Assembly (NCBI GenBank): GCA_903857795.1
Contig: CAIOGM010000129.1
Span: 3,553-67,552 of the forward strand
Length of the DNA: 64,000 bases
Direction: 5' to 3'
DNA from: an uncultured Geobacter sp.
GTDB taxonomy: Bacteria; Desulfobacterota; Desulfuromonadia; Geobacterales; CAIOGM01
Part shown: piece after piece, positions 46,419 to 56,445 of the stretch
How positions within the stretch are numbered: the stretch's first letter is position 1
Layout of the letters: each line of letters begins with the position of its first letter
Made by a program: the position numbers and the translations under genes
The notes under the pieces: model-generated
What the model saw: the letters and a program-made list of their open reading frames with translations, nothing else
Database searches by the model: none
Told to the model about the DNA's origin: nothing

Positions 46419-48494
46419 ATGCAGGCGAAGAGGGTACTCGTTGTTGATGATCAGAAGATTGCGGCCCGTCTGCTGCGGGAGATGCTGGAGCGCCACGGCT
46501 TTGTGGTGGATGTGGTTCATGACGGCTTCAAGGCGCTGGCCCAGGTGCTGGAAACACCCCCCGACATCATCCTTCTGGACATGATCATGCCCGGCATGGA
46601 CGGTGTCGAGACCTGCCGCCGGTTCAAGCAGGACCCCCGGACCTTCTCTATCCCGATCATCGTGGTAACCGCCCTGAAAGACCAGGAGAATCTGGTGAGC
46701 GCCTTTGAGGCGGGAGCTGAAGATTACCTCGGCAAACCGGTGGAGGACCATGAGCTGCTGGCGCGGATAAAGTCGAACCTGATCAAGAAGGAGGCGCTCT
46801 TCCTCCTGGAGCGGGCGAATCAGGTCAAGAAGGAGGCGTTGACCCAGTTGGAGAAGAAGGTGCGGGAGTCTGAACTTCTGCTGGAGATTACCCAGGCGGT
46901 TACCTCTTCACTGGATACACGGGAGACTCTTCAGTCGGTGGTGGATAATATTGCCCGCAACATCGCAGTGAAGCGCTGCTCCATCGCCCGGGTAAATCTG
47001 CGGGAGGGAAGCGCTACGGTGCTCGCCTCCAGCGATGTGCCGGGGATCGAGGGGTTGCAGATCCGGCTCGACAACTATCCTGAACTCCGGGAGGTGGTCC
47101 GGACCGGTCAGCCACTCATGATCGATGACGCCAGGAACCATCCGCTCCTGACCGAGATGCGGGATCAGATTGTCCGGCTCGACTTCTGCACCCTCTTTGT
47201 CCTGCCGATCACCTACCGCTCCGAGGTCATCGGAACCCTGATGCTCAGGACCGCACGGGAGTATACCTATGCCGATGATGAGATAAGGTTCTGTCAAATG
47301 GTGGCCAACGTCTCCGCCACGGCTCTCAAGAACGCCTATCTCTATGAGCAGGCGCGGAAAGAGTCACAGGAGCTGCGGGAGGCTCACCTGAGGATCGAGC
47401 AGGAGCTTCAGGAGAAGGCGATCTATGAGTCGCTGTTCGAGCACGCCTCTGAGGGGCTCGCGGCGGTGGGCGCCGCCGGCGAGGCAGCCTTCATTAACAG
47501 CAGTGGTCTGGAGATCATCGGGTACCGGCGGGAGGAGTTCCCGAATCCCTTGATTCCCGGGATCGCCAGGGGCGAGACACTTCAGCTGGCGCTGGAGAGC
47601 ATCGGCCGTTCGTTCCGGGGGGAAGAGGGGCCGCGACGCTTCGATCTCCTGATTACCCGCGGCACGGGGGAGAGCCGCTGCCTCTCGGTGGCGCTGAGCG
47701 CCGGGCTGCTTCAGGGGCGGTATCTGGTGCTCTCCTTTACCGACGTTACCGAGGAGCGGCAGAGCCGCATCTCCCTGGAAGAAGCCAACAGCCACCTTCA
47801 GGAGCTGACCCGGCTCAAATCGACCTTTGTCACCACGGCCACCCACGAACTCAACACCCCCGTCACTATCCTGCACGGCTACTGTGCCTTGCTTCGGGAG
47901 CTGGGAATGGAGAACCTGACCCCGGAACAGCAGGCGTGCGTGAATCGTGCCTGCGAGAGCAGTCGACACCTTCTGGAGCTCATCGCCACCATGCTTGATC
48001 TCTCCCGGCTGGAGGCGGGGAAGATGGCGCTGGCCATCGAACCTCGCACGGTGTTGATCCCCATCGAGAAGGCCTTCGCCATACTCGAACCCTTTGCCCG
48101 GAAGAGCGGCGTTATTTTAAAGGTCATGCCATCCAGAGAGGAGTTCATCGCTCTACTGGATGCGGAACAGATTCAGCGGGTTCTCATGAACCTCATCGGT
48201 AACGCCATAAAATTCACCCCCCAAGGAGGGGGGATCACCGTTGCCGCGGTACGGTCACAGCATGAAATCCGGATCTCGGTCACCGACAGCGGCCCCGGCA
48301 TTCCTGAAGAGTTTCTCCCAACGATCTTCGAAGAGTTTTCCCAGGCGCGACGGGAAGCTGGACCCCGGCAGGGGTGCGGCCTCGGACTCGCCATCTGCCG
48401 CAAGATCGTCGAGGCTCATCACGGCTCCATCTGGGTCGAAAGTTCCGACCGGGGGAGTTGTTTCACCTTCTCGCTCCCCGCCTGGTTCTCCTGA
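46419..48494 (+). CDS. hybrid sensor: receiver - coiled coil - GAF - PAS - HisKA - HATPase_c histidine kinase
   Basis: Receiver domain (VLVVDD .. DIILLDMIMPGMDG .. K), H-box (TTATHELNTP), N-box (NLIGNAIKFT), G-boxes (DSGPGIP, GCGLGLAIC). Confidence 0.9.
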   Translation: MQAKRVLVVDDQKIAARLLREMLERHGFVVDVVHDGFKALAQVLETPPDIILLDMIMPGMDGVETCRRFKQDPRTFSIPIIVVTALKDQENLVSAFEAGAEDYLGKPVEDHELLARIKSNLIKKEALFLLERANQVKKEALTQLEKKVRESELLLEITQAVTSSLDTRETLQSVVDNIARNIAVKRCSIARVNLREGSATVLASSDVPGIEGLQIRLDNYPELREVVRTGQPLMIDDARNHPLLTEMRDQIVRLDFCTLFVLPITYRSEVIGTLMLRTAREYTYADDEIRFCQMVANVSATALKNAYLYEQARKESQELREAHLRIEQELQEKAIYESLFEHASEGLAAVGAAGEAAFINSSGLEIIGYRREEFPNPLIPGIARGETLQLALESIGRSFRGEEGPRRFDLLITRGTGESRCLSVALSAGLLQGRYLVLSFTDVTEERQSRISLEEANSHLQELTRLKSTFVTTATHELNTPVTILHGYCALLRELGMENLTPEQQACVNRACESSRHLLELIATMLDLSRLEAGKMALAIEPRTVLIPIEKAFAILEPFARKSGVILKVMPSREEFIALLDAEQIQRVLMNLIGNAIKFTPQGGGITVAAVRSQHEIRISVTDSGPGIPEEFLPTIFEEFSQARREAGPRQGCGLGLAICRKIVEAHHGSIWVESSDRGSCFTFSLPAWFS

Positions 48495-48503
48495 TTTCTG
48501 AGG

Positions 48504-49505
48504 TCAGTGCCCCTCCAGCCGGAAGGATGTGAAGATCATGGGCCAGGTAGCGATGAGGGCGAAGGCGAGCCAGGAGAGGAGTGAGGTGAGGGCCAGGCGT
48601 TTCTGAAAACCCGGCAGGGTGGCGGTGAGGCTGGGACGGTTCCTGAAAGGCGCCAGCGCACCGACCCCCATGCCGGTGACGGTTCCCAGGAGGAGGAGGG
48701 CGTAGAGGGGGTACCCCACGTAATGATACTCCTTTTGGAGGATGCAGAAGGGGCAGTGGTGCGACGGCATCTCGTAGATGTAGAGGGAGATATAGGAGAC
48801 GATGGCTACCAGGGAGACGATGAAGCTTACCCCGGAGCAGAGGGCGAAGAGGATTCCCGTTTTCCCCTTGCGGAGGAAGAGGGTGCCGGAGGCGAGGGTG
48901 GTCCCGATGGCGACGTAGAAGGCGATCTTCATGGTCATGACCGGGGCGGCGGCAACCTCCGAGGCGATCCCCCGGCTGGCGGGGGTGAAGAGGCTGCCGC
49001 AGCAGGAGGTGATGATGTCAGGTCTCATCCCGAGAAAGTAGGAGAGCTCCAGGGCCGATTCCGCCAGGATGAGCGGGGTGAGAAACATGAGGAAGAGGTA
49101 TTTTTTCCGGATGAGGGGGTAGTCGTAGCCGCCGTTGTCGGCGTGATTGAGGATCAGCCAGAGCCCGGCCAGGACGAAATTTAGCAGCTTGAGGATGAGG
49201 GTAGGGTAGCCGAACCCGTTGACGGTGAGGGAGCCCACGGCGCACATGGCGCCGACGAAGAGGGGGCTGAGGCTGTCCACGGTGAAGATGAAGAGGAAGA
49301 GCGAGATGGCCTGGATCCCCAGGAAATAGCTGAGGATGGTGGAGATGAGGTAGGTTTTGCGCTCCAGGTTCAGTTGGAGTTCGCTGCCGCTGGCCATGTC
49401 CCAGCTCTTCAGGATCTGGGCGCCGTAGACGGCCGAATAGAGGACCATGAAGCTGATGAGCAGCGACGAGACGAGCAGCGCCAGGATGCCTGGGTTGAGA
49501 ATCAT
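48504..49505 (-). CDS. polytopic membrane protein with CC and CxxC motifs, function unknown
   Basis: 333 aa, about 8-9 TM segments, with SCCGSLF and HHCPFCILQ motifs. 4-nt overlap with the ABC ATPase gene. Confidence 0.6.
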   Translation of the reverse strand: MILNPGILALLVSSLLISFMVLYSAVYGAQILKSWDMASGSELQLNLERKTYLISTILSYFLGIQAISLFLFIFTVDSLSPLFVGAMCAVGSLTVNGFGYPTLILKLLNFVLAGLWLILNHADNGGYDYPLIRKKYLFLMFLTPLILAESALELSYFLGMRPDIITSCCGSLFTPASRGIASEVAAAPVMTMKIAFYVAIGTTLASGTLFLRKGKTGILFALCSGVSFIVSLVAIVSYISLYIYEMPSHHCPFCILQKEYHYVGYPLYALLLLGTVTGMGVGALAPFRNRPSLTATLPGFQKRLALTSLLSWLAFALIATWPMIFTSFRLEGH

Positions 49506-50188
49506 GCCGGTTCCCCGGCGGAAATGACAGCGCCGTCCCGCAGTTCGATACGGGAGGTCATCAGCTCCGAGTCATAGACTATAGGGTCGTGACTGGCGAT
49601 GAGGATGCTCTTCCCGTCATCCTTGAGCTGCCGGATGATGGCCATGAATTCGTGAGAGAGCTTGGTGTCCAGATGGGCCGTCGGTTCGTCGGCGATGATG
49701 ATGGCCGGGTTGTTGATGAGGGCCCGGGCGATGGCCACCCGCTGGGCCTCGCCGCCGGAGAGCCACTCAATCTTGGCCGTTGCCTTGTGGGCCAGGTTGA
49801 AGAGGGCCAGGGTCTCCATGGCCCGGTTGCGGAGAGCGGTGTACTTTTCGCCGGTGGGGTAGGCGGGGATCATGACGTTTTCAATGGCGGTGAGCCCCTT
49901 GATCAGGTTGAACTGCTGGAAGATGAAGCCGAAGGTCTCCCGCCGAATCTCCGTGAGGAACCGCTCGGGGAGGCTGGTTATCTCCCGGCCGGAGAGGATG
50001 ATCCGGCCGGAGGTGGGGCGGACCATGCAGCCGAGGATTCCCAGGAGGGTGGTCTTCCCGGAGCCGCTGGGCCCCTTGAGGACGGTGATCCCTCCCAGGT
50101 TCACGGTGAGAGTGACCCCGTTGACCGCGGTGAATTCGTTGGGGCGGCCGGCGTTATAGACTTTACGGATGTCGATGACTTTGATCAT
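49502..50188 (-). CDS. ABC transporter ATP-binding protein (MacB/LolD-type)
   Basis: Walker A GPSGSGKTT, signature LSGGEAQRV, Walker B IIIADEPT. Confidence 0.92.
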   Translation of the reverse strand: MIKVIDIRKVYNAGRPNEFTAVNGVTLTVNLGGITVLKGPSGSGKTTLLGILGCMVRPTSGRIILSGREITSLPERFLTEIRRETFGFIFQQFNLIKGLTAIENVMIPAYPTGEKYTALRNRAMETLALFNLAHKATAKIEWLSGGEAQRVAIARALINNPAIIIADEPTAHLDTKLSHEFMAIIRQLKDDGKSILIASHDPIVYDSELMTSRIELRDGAVISAGEPA

Positions 50189-50198
50189 GGAGACTCTT

Positions 50199-51335
50199 TC
50201 ACGACCTCAGCACGGAGTCGGGATCGATGGTCGCGGCTCGCCAGGAGGGGATGATGGTGGTGACGGTGTAGGGGACCACGGTCAGGAAGAAGAGGGTGGC
50301 AAGCTGGCCGGGGCTGATGAAGGGGGTCAGCCGGAACTGGGGGTAGAGCACCGACCACCCCTTCAAGAGGGGAGCGAAGAGCGAAGCCGAGGTGAAGAAG
50401 ATGTGGCAGTAGGCCAGGCTCACCCCGGTCAGGAACGAGGTGAGCGAGACCGCTATCCCTTCCCAGAATTTCATGAAGAGGATGTCCGAGGTTTCCCACC
50501 CGACGGCCTTGAGGATGCCGATCTCCTTCTTCTCTTCGGCGGAGAGGCCGCTGGCCTTGTCCCAGGCGAAGATAACGAAGGCGAGAACCGCGGCGCTCAT
50601 GATGATGATGAGCAGGCCGCCGCGCCAGCTGAAGATGGCGTCGTAGGTCCGCAGGATCTCGTTGCGGATGATGGGGCGGCTGTCGGGGAGGAGTCTGACG
50701 ATCTTCTCGGCGATGGTGGCCATCTCCTTGAGATTTCTCACCTTCAGCGTCAGGTCGCTGGCCTCCCCGGCAGGGAGCCCCGAGAACTCCCGGTAGTCGG
50801 CTTCCGCCATGAGGATCAGGTCGGCCGAGAGGAGCTGAGACTCCTGGGAGAGGATGGCGGCGATGGTAAAGGTCCGGGCCTTGCCGTCGTAACCGGTGAA
50901 GCTGATGGTGTCCCCCTCATAGGCATGGCGCATCAGGGAGATGCCGCTCCCGATGGCAATACTCCCACGCTCATGGGGGAAGTTCTTGGGGGCCATGATG
51001 GTGTAGTTTGCCAGGAAGAGCGGATCATAGTAGTAGCCCCAGACCCGGTCCTGCACGGCCATGACCCCCCTGATACTACGGATTTTAGCCGCGTACTCTC
51101 TGGGAATCGGGGCATACCGTCCCTGAAGGGTTCGCTGCACGACGATCTCCGGGGCCTCTTTCAACACCAGCGACGCCTCTTGTTTGAGCGCGTGGGTGAA
51201 GAACATCACCGAAGCCAGGATGAAGACTATGAGGGTGTACACAGTAAAGAGCGCCCCGTTCTTCCCCTTGCGCCGGAACAGGGACGCCAGGGTAAAGTCG
51301 ATGATATGACGCTGTTTTTCAATGGTGTGGGGCAT
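50199..51335 (-). CDS. ABC transporter permease, FtsX/MacB-like
   Basis: 378 aa. One TM segment, a large extracytoplasmic domain, then three C-terminal TM segments (FtsX-like topology). Confidence 0.8.
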   Translation of the reverse strand: MPHTIEKQRHIIDFTLASLFRRKGKNGALFTVYTLIVFILASVMFFTHALKQEASLVLKEAPEIVVQRTLQGRYAPIPREYAAKIRSIRGVMAVQDRVWGYYYDPLFLANYTIMAPKNFPHERGSIAIGSGISLMRHAYEGDTISFTGYDGKARTFTIAAILSQESQLLSADLILMAEADYREFSGLPAGEASDLTLKVRNLKEMATIAEKIVRLLPDSRPIIRNEILRTYDAIFSWRGGLLIIIMSAAVLAFVIFAWDKASGLSAEEKKEIGILKAVGWETSDILFMKFWEGIAVSLTSFLTGVSLAYCHIFFTSASLFAPLLKGWSVLYPQFRLTPFISPGQLATLFFLTVVPYTVTTIIPSWRAATIDPDSVLRS

Positions 51336-51636
51336 GGGTATCCGTCAGGTGCGAGGGGGGGGGGACCAGGGAGCCGCTGGGGAAATGCTCCAAGGCCAGG
51401 GGATACTCCTGAAATGGAGTGCGCAGATCCGCCTGGGAGAGATGCCGGGTGTAGCTCGCCTCGGTGAAGAGACAGAGGTCGGAGAGGCCCAGGGTCCGGA
51501 CCAGCTCCGCCGACCCCTGCAGCCGCGGCCGGTCGTAACCGGTCCGGTAGCCGGCATGGAGCAGTAACAGCAGCAGCAGGAGCAGCAGCCCCGTGATGAC
51601 TGCGGCGAAGAGGGAGGAGGAGCGGCAGGAGGTCAC
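51319..51636 (-). CDS. small membrane-anchored hypothetical protein
   Basis: 105 aa with a poly-Leu TM segment (LLLLLLLLLL). Overlaps the neighbouring genes by 17 nt and 4 nt. Confidence 0.4.
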   Translation of the reverse strand: MTSCRSSSLFAAVITGLLLLLLLLLLHAGYRTGYDRPRLQGSAELVRTLGLSDLCLFTEASYTRHLSQADLRTPFQEYPLALEHFPSGSLVPPPSHLTDTHAPHH

Positions 51637-52124
51637 TCCAGTTCCCGGAGCAGCGCGATGGTCACCTGGGAGAATTTCAGAACTGTTTTTCCCTTATGGT
51701 CGTTTTTGAACTCCCGCGCCTCTGCCTCGTGTTCAAAGGGGATCAGCTCTCTTCCCATGGGGCCGAAGACATCGCTACCGATGACATACCATGCCGTGCG
51801 ACCGTCGATGGGGGAGAGGGAGTAGTAGCTGGTTACCACCAAGGTCGCCGTCTCCAGCTGTTTCCGCCTGGAGGGGGAGACGGCAGGGTTGAGATAGAAT
51901 TTGAAGAGATCCTTGGGGCCGTCAAAGAAGGAGACGGTTCCATCCTTGAAAAGGATCTGTCCGGTAAACTCCGGGTATTTGGCCACGAACATCCCGCAGA
52001 CCGGACACTTGTCCCCGGGAGCGGGTTTACGCGCCGCCCGCTCTGCCGCTCCTGAGGAGAGTGGCGTCAGGAGCAGCAGCAGGGAAAACATAACAAGAAT
52101 TGAGCGTACCATTACCGGCTGCAT
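51633..52124 (-). CDS. NosL-family protein (periplasmic, Cu-chaperone-like)
   Basis: Signal peptide, CPVCGM motif and GPMGRELIPFEHEAEAREF, typical of the NosL family. Confidence 0.8.
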   Translation of the reverse strand: MQPVMVRSILVMFSLLLLLTPLSSGAAERAARKPAPGDKCPVCGMFVAKYPEFTGQILFKDGTVSFFDGPKDLFKFYLNPAVSPSRRKQLETATLVVTSYYSLSPIDGRTAWYVIGSDVFGPMGRELIPFEHEAEAREFKNDHKGKTVLKFSQVTIALLRELE

Positions 52125-52625
52125 CTACTTCTTTTTCTTGTCACAGCAGTTGCAGCCGGGGGTGCCGCCCGTGGCCGCGTCGCCCTTCTCCGCTGCTGCC
52201 GCGGAGAGCGCTTCGTCCCAGGTGGCGAGTTTCCCCCCCTTACTCTTCAGATACGCTTCGGCTTCGCTTTTGCTGTTGAAGGCCCACTTGGCCACCGGGC
52301 TCATGATCCCGCGCTGCTTCGGATTGATGACCCAGACGGCGCTTCGAGCGTCTATGAGTTTTTCGCTGTTGTACTCTCCCACCTGGACACTCTTGAACTT
52401 CTTCTCCTTCTTGGCCAGTTCGTCGGAGGCGCAGGCGATGCTGCAGCTGCCGAAGCTGCTGCCATCTTCATAGGTGATCAGCATCCGGCTCTTGGCAAAG
52501 CCGGGGCGACTCATGCCGCAGAGTGCACAGGAATCTGGGGGCTCGACCTTGGAGAGCGCCGCCGGAGCCGTGGTTGCGGAGAGGCTGAGCATAACGAGGA
52601 TAGCGGTGATCATGAGACGGTGCAT
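52125..52625 (-). CDS. NosL-like protein with Cys-rich C-terminal tail
   Basis: ATG 52625 is preceded by AGGAGA. Signal peptide and a CALCGM motif. Ends ..GGTPGCNCCDKKKK. Confidence 0.65.
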   Translation of the reverse strand: MHRLMITAILVMLSLSATTAPAALSKVEPPDSCALCGMSRPGFAKSRMLITYEDGSSFGSCSIACASDELAKKEKKFKSVQVGEYNSEKLIDARSAVWVINPKQRGIMSPVAKWAFNSKSEAEAYLKSKGGKLATWDEALSAAAAEKGDAATGGTPGCNCCDKKKK

Positions 52626-52754
52626 AAAATTCTCCTTGATGTGTGGCGCGATGGTGACGGTCGTGTATATGGTTTTTTGCATTATAGCCATCGCCGCATT
52701 TTTTTCAACAGTTTACTTCTCGCTGCCGACTTTTCGGCGGTCGCCCCTTGGCTC

Positions 52755-53507
52755 CTACCAGAACTGCCACCTGCCGGTGGTGAGGACATAGACGCCGAGA
52801 ATAAGATTGGTGACGCCATGGGCGAGGACGCAGTGGGCGATGCTTCGCGTATAGACGGCCAGCAGGTTGTAGGCGATACCTGCCATCATCCCTGCAAAGA
52901 GGTAGTCGTGCTCGACCCCGAACAGAAGGGTAACCATGAGGAACGACCCCCAGGTAAACGTGCCGACCGCGACTCTGGTGAAAGCGTTATCCACGAGATA
53001 CCGGAGGAGAAAGGAGCGCCAGAAGAGCTCCTCCATGACCGGTACGACCAGCGATGCTCCTATTAAACGGGAAAAGATGAGAAAATTCCTGGCAACGCCG
53101 TTCTGGAGCAGGAAAGGATCATATCCTCCTGGTGCTGACGGACTCTGGGGGGGGGAGGCGAAGCCAAAACCTAACGTATCGGTGACGGAGTGCAGGAGCA
53201 GGGAGAGATCCCTGGTGCTCCACGCCATATTGATCCAGAGGACAAACACCAGCACCCCAACGGCGCAGCTCGCCACCGTGACCGGCAGATTTTTCAACTC
53301 TCTGAAGCGCAGTTCGTCGTACTTTCTAAAGAAAATGAGCAGGAGCAGCGCCACAACGGCCGCTTTCACCGGATAGAGATAGAGGAGCGAAGTTTCGGAG
53401 ATGGGGAGAATCCCCTTGGCCATAAGGGCCCTCAGTCCCTGATCCAGGGCGATAAAGGCCATGTAGGCGGCAAAGGGGGCGCAGCGGATGAGTGCGGGTG
53501 AGAACAT
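52755..53507 (-). CDS. CPBP (CAAX-type) intramembrane glutamic protease, PEP-CTERM-locus-associated type
   Basis: Motifs MEELFWRSF (EExxxR), FGVEH and HGVTN. Resembles TIGR03008 (from memory). Divergent from prsT. Confidence 0.8.
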   Translation of the reverse strand: MFSPALIRCAPFAAYMAFIALDQGLRALMAKGILPISETSLLYLYPVKAAVVALLLLIFFRKYDELRFRELKNLPVTVASCAVGVLVFVLWINMAWSTRDLSLLLHSVTDTLGFGFASPPQSPSAPGGYDPFLLQNGVARNFLIFSRLIGASLVVPVMEELFWRSFLLRYLVDNAFTRVAVGTFTWGSFLMVTLLFGVEHDYLFAGMMAGIAYNLLAVYTRSIAHCVLAHGVTNLILGVYVLTTGRWQFW

Positions 53508-53768
53508 GGCGTGACCTCAGGGTGAGGAGGGGAGTAGAAACGCCGGTGAGCATACGGTAACGCGATGGCTGAACGCAAGAAATATTCCGTGGAATAATTG
53601 CGTAACTGCCGGTAAACAGGCAACTGTCTCACCGGAACAACAAACTATTGGTTTTTCTTGGCTCTTCTGCTATAGTTCCGCACTCGTTATGTTCCTGACA
53701 CCTACGCTCGACGAACCGTGATGCACCCCTGCTACTCATTAGAATAACTGCACCGGAGGGAGACCCAG

Positions 53769-56438
53769 ATGTTACGTAAACTCATGCTACTTTTTCTTGT
53801 CGTGACATATATTTCAGGCTGTGGCGGCAAGAACAAGGAAGAGCTCTATTCTGATGGTCTCAAGAAAATAAAGGAGGGGAATGCCAACGGCGCTATCGTC
53901 CTGTTCCGGAATGCGCTGGAAAAAGACCCCAACTACCAGGATGCCCGGTATCAGCTCGGCAAGGCCTATCTCTCCAGTGGGAAATACGAGCAGGCGGAAA
54001 AAGAGCTGCAGAAAGTTCTCCATGCAAACCCGACCCGTAATGTCATCAGGATCGACCTGGCCAAGGTCTATAATGGGATGAAAAAACCGGATCAGGCGTT
54101 AAAGGAGATGCAGGAGTATCTCAAGTCCAACCCTGAGTCGCCCGATACTCTGGAGACCCTGGCCGTCTCCGAGGCCTTGAGCAACCGGCTGGAAGATGCT
54201 GAACGGACGCTGCTCAAGGCGCTCAAGCTCGATCCGAACCGGGTGACAGCCAAGCTTGAGCTCGCGGGCGTCTATGCCGCCCAGAAAAAAACCGATCAGG
54301 CCAAGGAGCTTCTTAACGGTTTCATCAAGGAGAAGCCGGACGAGGCCCGGGCTTATTTCATGCTGGCGCAGATCGAGTTGAGCCAGGGAAACAGGGATAA
54401 GGCCCTCAAGGTCTATCAGCAACTCGCCACCGTTGATCCGAAAAATCCGATGCCGCTCTACAAGGCCGGTCTCCTGTTGAACGAAATGGGGCAGGTCGAT
54501 AAGGCCAATGAAGTCGCCGATGACCTGATGAAGCGCTTTGCCAAGCGGGGCGAGGGGTATCGGCTCAAGGGGATACTCCTCTATCTGAAGAAAAACTACC
54601 CTGAGGCGATCACGACCCTCCAGAGGTCCATCCAGCTACAGCCCACCCTCGACGCGTATTATTACCTCGGGATGAGCATGTATATGCGAAAGGATTATGA
54701 AACCGCCCTCTCTCAGTTCAGAACCGTGCTGGATCACAATCCGGAGATGACGCAGGTTCGGCTCATGGTCGGCATCATTTACCTTGCACAGCAGCGGCTC
54801 GATGACGCCGTCAGCGAAATGCAGAAGATCCTCAAGGAGGATGACCGCAACGCCGTGGCCCACAACATGCTCGGGAACGCCTATATGGCCAAGGGGATGT
54901 TCTCCGAGGGGATGAGGGAGCTGAACCGGGCCACGGAGCTCGATCCGAAGCTGGTTGACGCCTATCTGAAAAAAGGGATCTACCACCTGAGCACGGGGAA
55001 TCTGCGGGAGACCGAGAGCGATCTGAAGACCGCCGTCCAGGTTGCGCCCACGGTGCTCAACAATCGGCTCATCCTCTCTGCCTACTACCTGAGGCAGAAA
55101 AATTTCGATAAGGCCGTCTCCGTGCTGAAGGAGGGGATTACCAAGAGCAAGGCGGACGCCCCGCTCTACAACAACATCGCCTCGGTCATGTTCATGCAGA
55201 AGAAGAATGCCGAAGGGTTGGGCTATCTGCAGAAGGCCAAGGAGACCGATCCGGCATTTATCAACTCATACTTCAACATGGCTTCCTTCTATGCGACCAA
55301 TGGCGAGCAGGAGAAGGCTCTGGCGGAATATCAGGCGGTGCTCCAGAAGGAGCCGCAAAACCTCAAGGCGCTGCTGACTCTGGGTAGCTATTACGAGTCC
55401 AAGGGGAGTGACGCCGAGGCGCTGGCCTACTACGGCAAGGCCATCGAGACGAGGAATCCTTCGGCCTATGTGGCCCTGGCTAACTTCTACATGAAGAAGA
55501 AACAGGGGGAGAAGGCTCTGGACATGATCGACGGCGCCATCAAGTCGATGCCGAAGAATCCGGATCTCCTGGAGCTGAAGGGGCGGATCTATCTGGCTGA
55601 CCAGAAGAACAAGGATGCCATCGGTGTGTTTGAACAGATCGAAGCGATCAACCCGGAGCGGGGGATCATGCTGAAGATCAGGACGTACCTGAGCGCCAAG
55701 GAGTTTGCCCGGGCCGCGGACGAGGCGAGGCGTCTCATCGAGGTCAAGCCCAAATCCGCCAGGGGCTACATGATCCTTGCCGAAATTTACGAGGCTCAGG
55801 GGAGCCAGGATAGGGCTATAGATGAGCTGAAGAAAGGGGTCAGGGCCGACGCCACCAGCTCCGCCGCGTTGATCCAGCTGGGCTACACCTATGCCCGGAA
55901 GAAAGATTATGCCCAGGCGACGGCTTCCTTCGATGAGGTCCTCCGGAAGGATCCCAAGTCTTCCGCCCCGGCGCTCTTCGGACTCGGTTCGATTCTGGAG
56001 GAGCAGGGGAAGAAAAGTGATGCCCTCAAGCGGTATCGTGAATCCCTGGAAAAATCTCCTACCTATGTCCCTGCGCTGAACAACCTTGCGACCCTCTATG
56101 CCGACGGTGTCGGAGGGAAGCCGGCTGAAGGGTTGATCCTGGCCGAGAGAGCGATAAAGGCCGAGCCGAACAATCCAAACATCCTCGACACCTACGGGTA
56201 CATCCTCCTGAAGAACGGCCGTGTCGCCGAAGCGAGAAAAATTCTTGAGCGGGTCGCGTCCATTCTTCCCAGTAACCCCACGGTCAACTACCACCTGGCG
56301 CTGGCCTGTCGCGACTCCGGGGACCGGGCCCAGGCCATATCCCGGGTCAACAAGGCGCTGGAATCGGGACGTTTTCAGGAAGAGGCACAGGCACGACAGC
56401 TCCTGGCGGAGCTGAACGGAACCAGGAAGAGCAGGTAG
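53769..56438 (+). CDS. prsT: PEP-CTERM system TPR-repeat lipoprotein
   Basis: 889 aa with lipobox YISGCGG, and TPR repeats along the entire length. Position at the head of the export locus matches TIGR02917 (from memory). Confidence 0.8.
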   Translation: MLRKLMLLFLVVTYISGCGGKNKEELYSDGLKKIKEGNANGAIVLFRNALEKDPNYQDARYQLGKAYLSSGKYEQAEKELQKVLHANPTRNVIRIDLAKVYNGMKKPDQALKEMQEYLKSNPESPDTLETLAVSEALSNRLEDAERTLLKALKLDPNRVTAKLELAGVYAAQKKTDQAKELLNGFIKEKPDEARAYFMLAQIELSQGNRDKALKVYQQLATVDPKNPMPLYKAGLLLNEMGQVDKANEVADDLMKRFAKRGEGYRLKGILLYLKKNYPEAITTLQRSIQLQPTLDAYYYLGMSMYMRKDYETALSQFRTVLDHNPEMTQVRLMVGIIYLAQQRLDDAVSEMQKILKEDDRNAVAHNMLGNAYMAKGMFSEGMRELNRATELDPKLVDAYLKKGIYHLSTGNLRETESDLKTAVQVAPTVLNNRLILSAYYLRQKNFDKAVSVLKEGITKSKADAPLYNNIASVMFMQKKNAEGLGYLQKAKETDPAFINSYFNMASFYATNGEQEKALAEYQAVLQKEPQNLKALLTLGSYYESKGSDAEALAYYGKAIETRNPSAYVALANFYMKKKQGEKALDMIDGAIKSMPKNPDLLELKGRIYLADQKNKDAIGVFEQIEAINPERGIMLKIRTYLSAKEFARAADEARRLIEVKPKSARGYMILAEIYEAQGSQDRAIDELKKGVRADATSSAALIQLGYTYARKKDYAQATASFDEVLRKDPKSSAPALFGLGSILEEQGKKSDALKRYRESLEKSPTYVPALNNLATLYADGVGGKPAEGLILAERAIKAEPNNPNILDTYGYILLKNGRVAEARKILERVASILPSNPTVNYHLALACRDSGDRAQAISRVNKALESGRFQEEAQARQLLAELNGTRKSR

Positions 56439-56445
56439 TAGCGTA

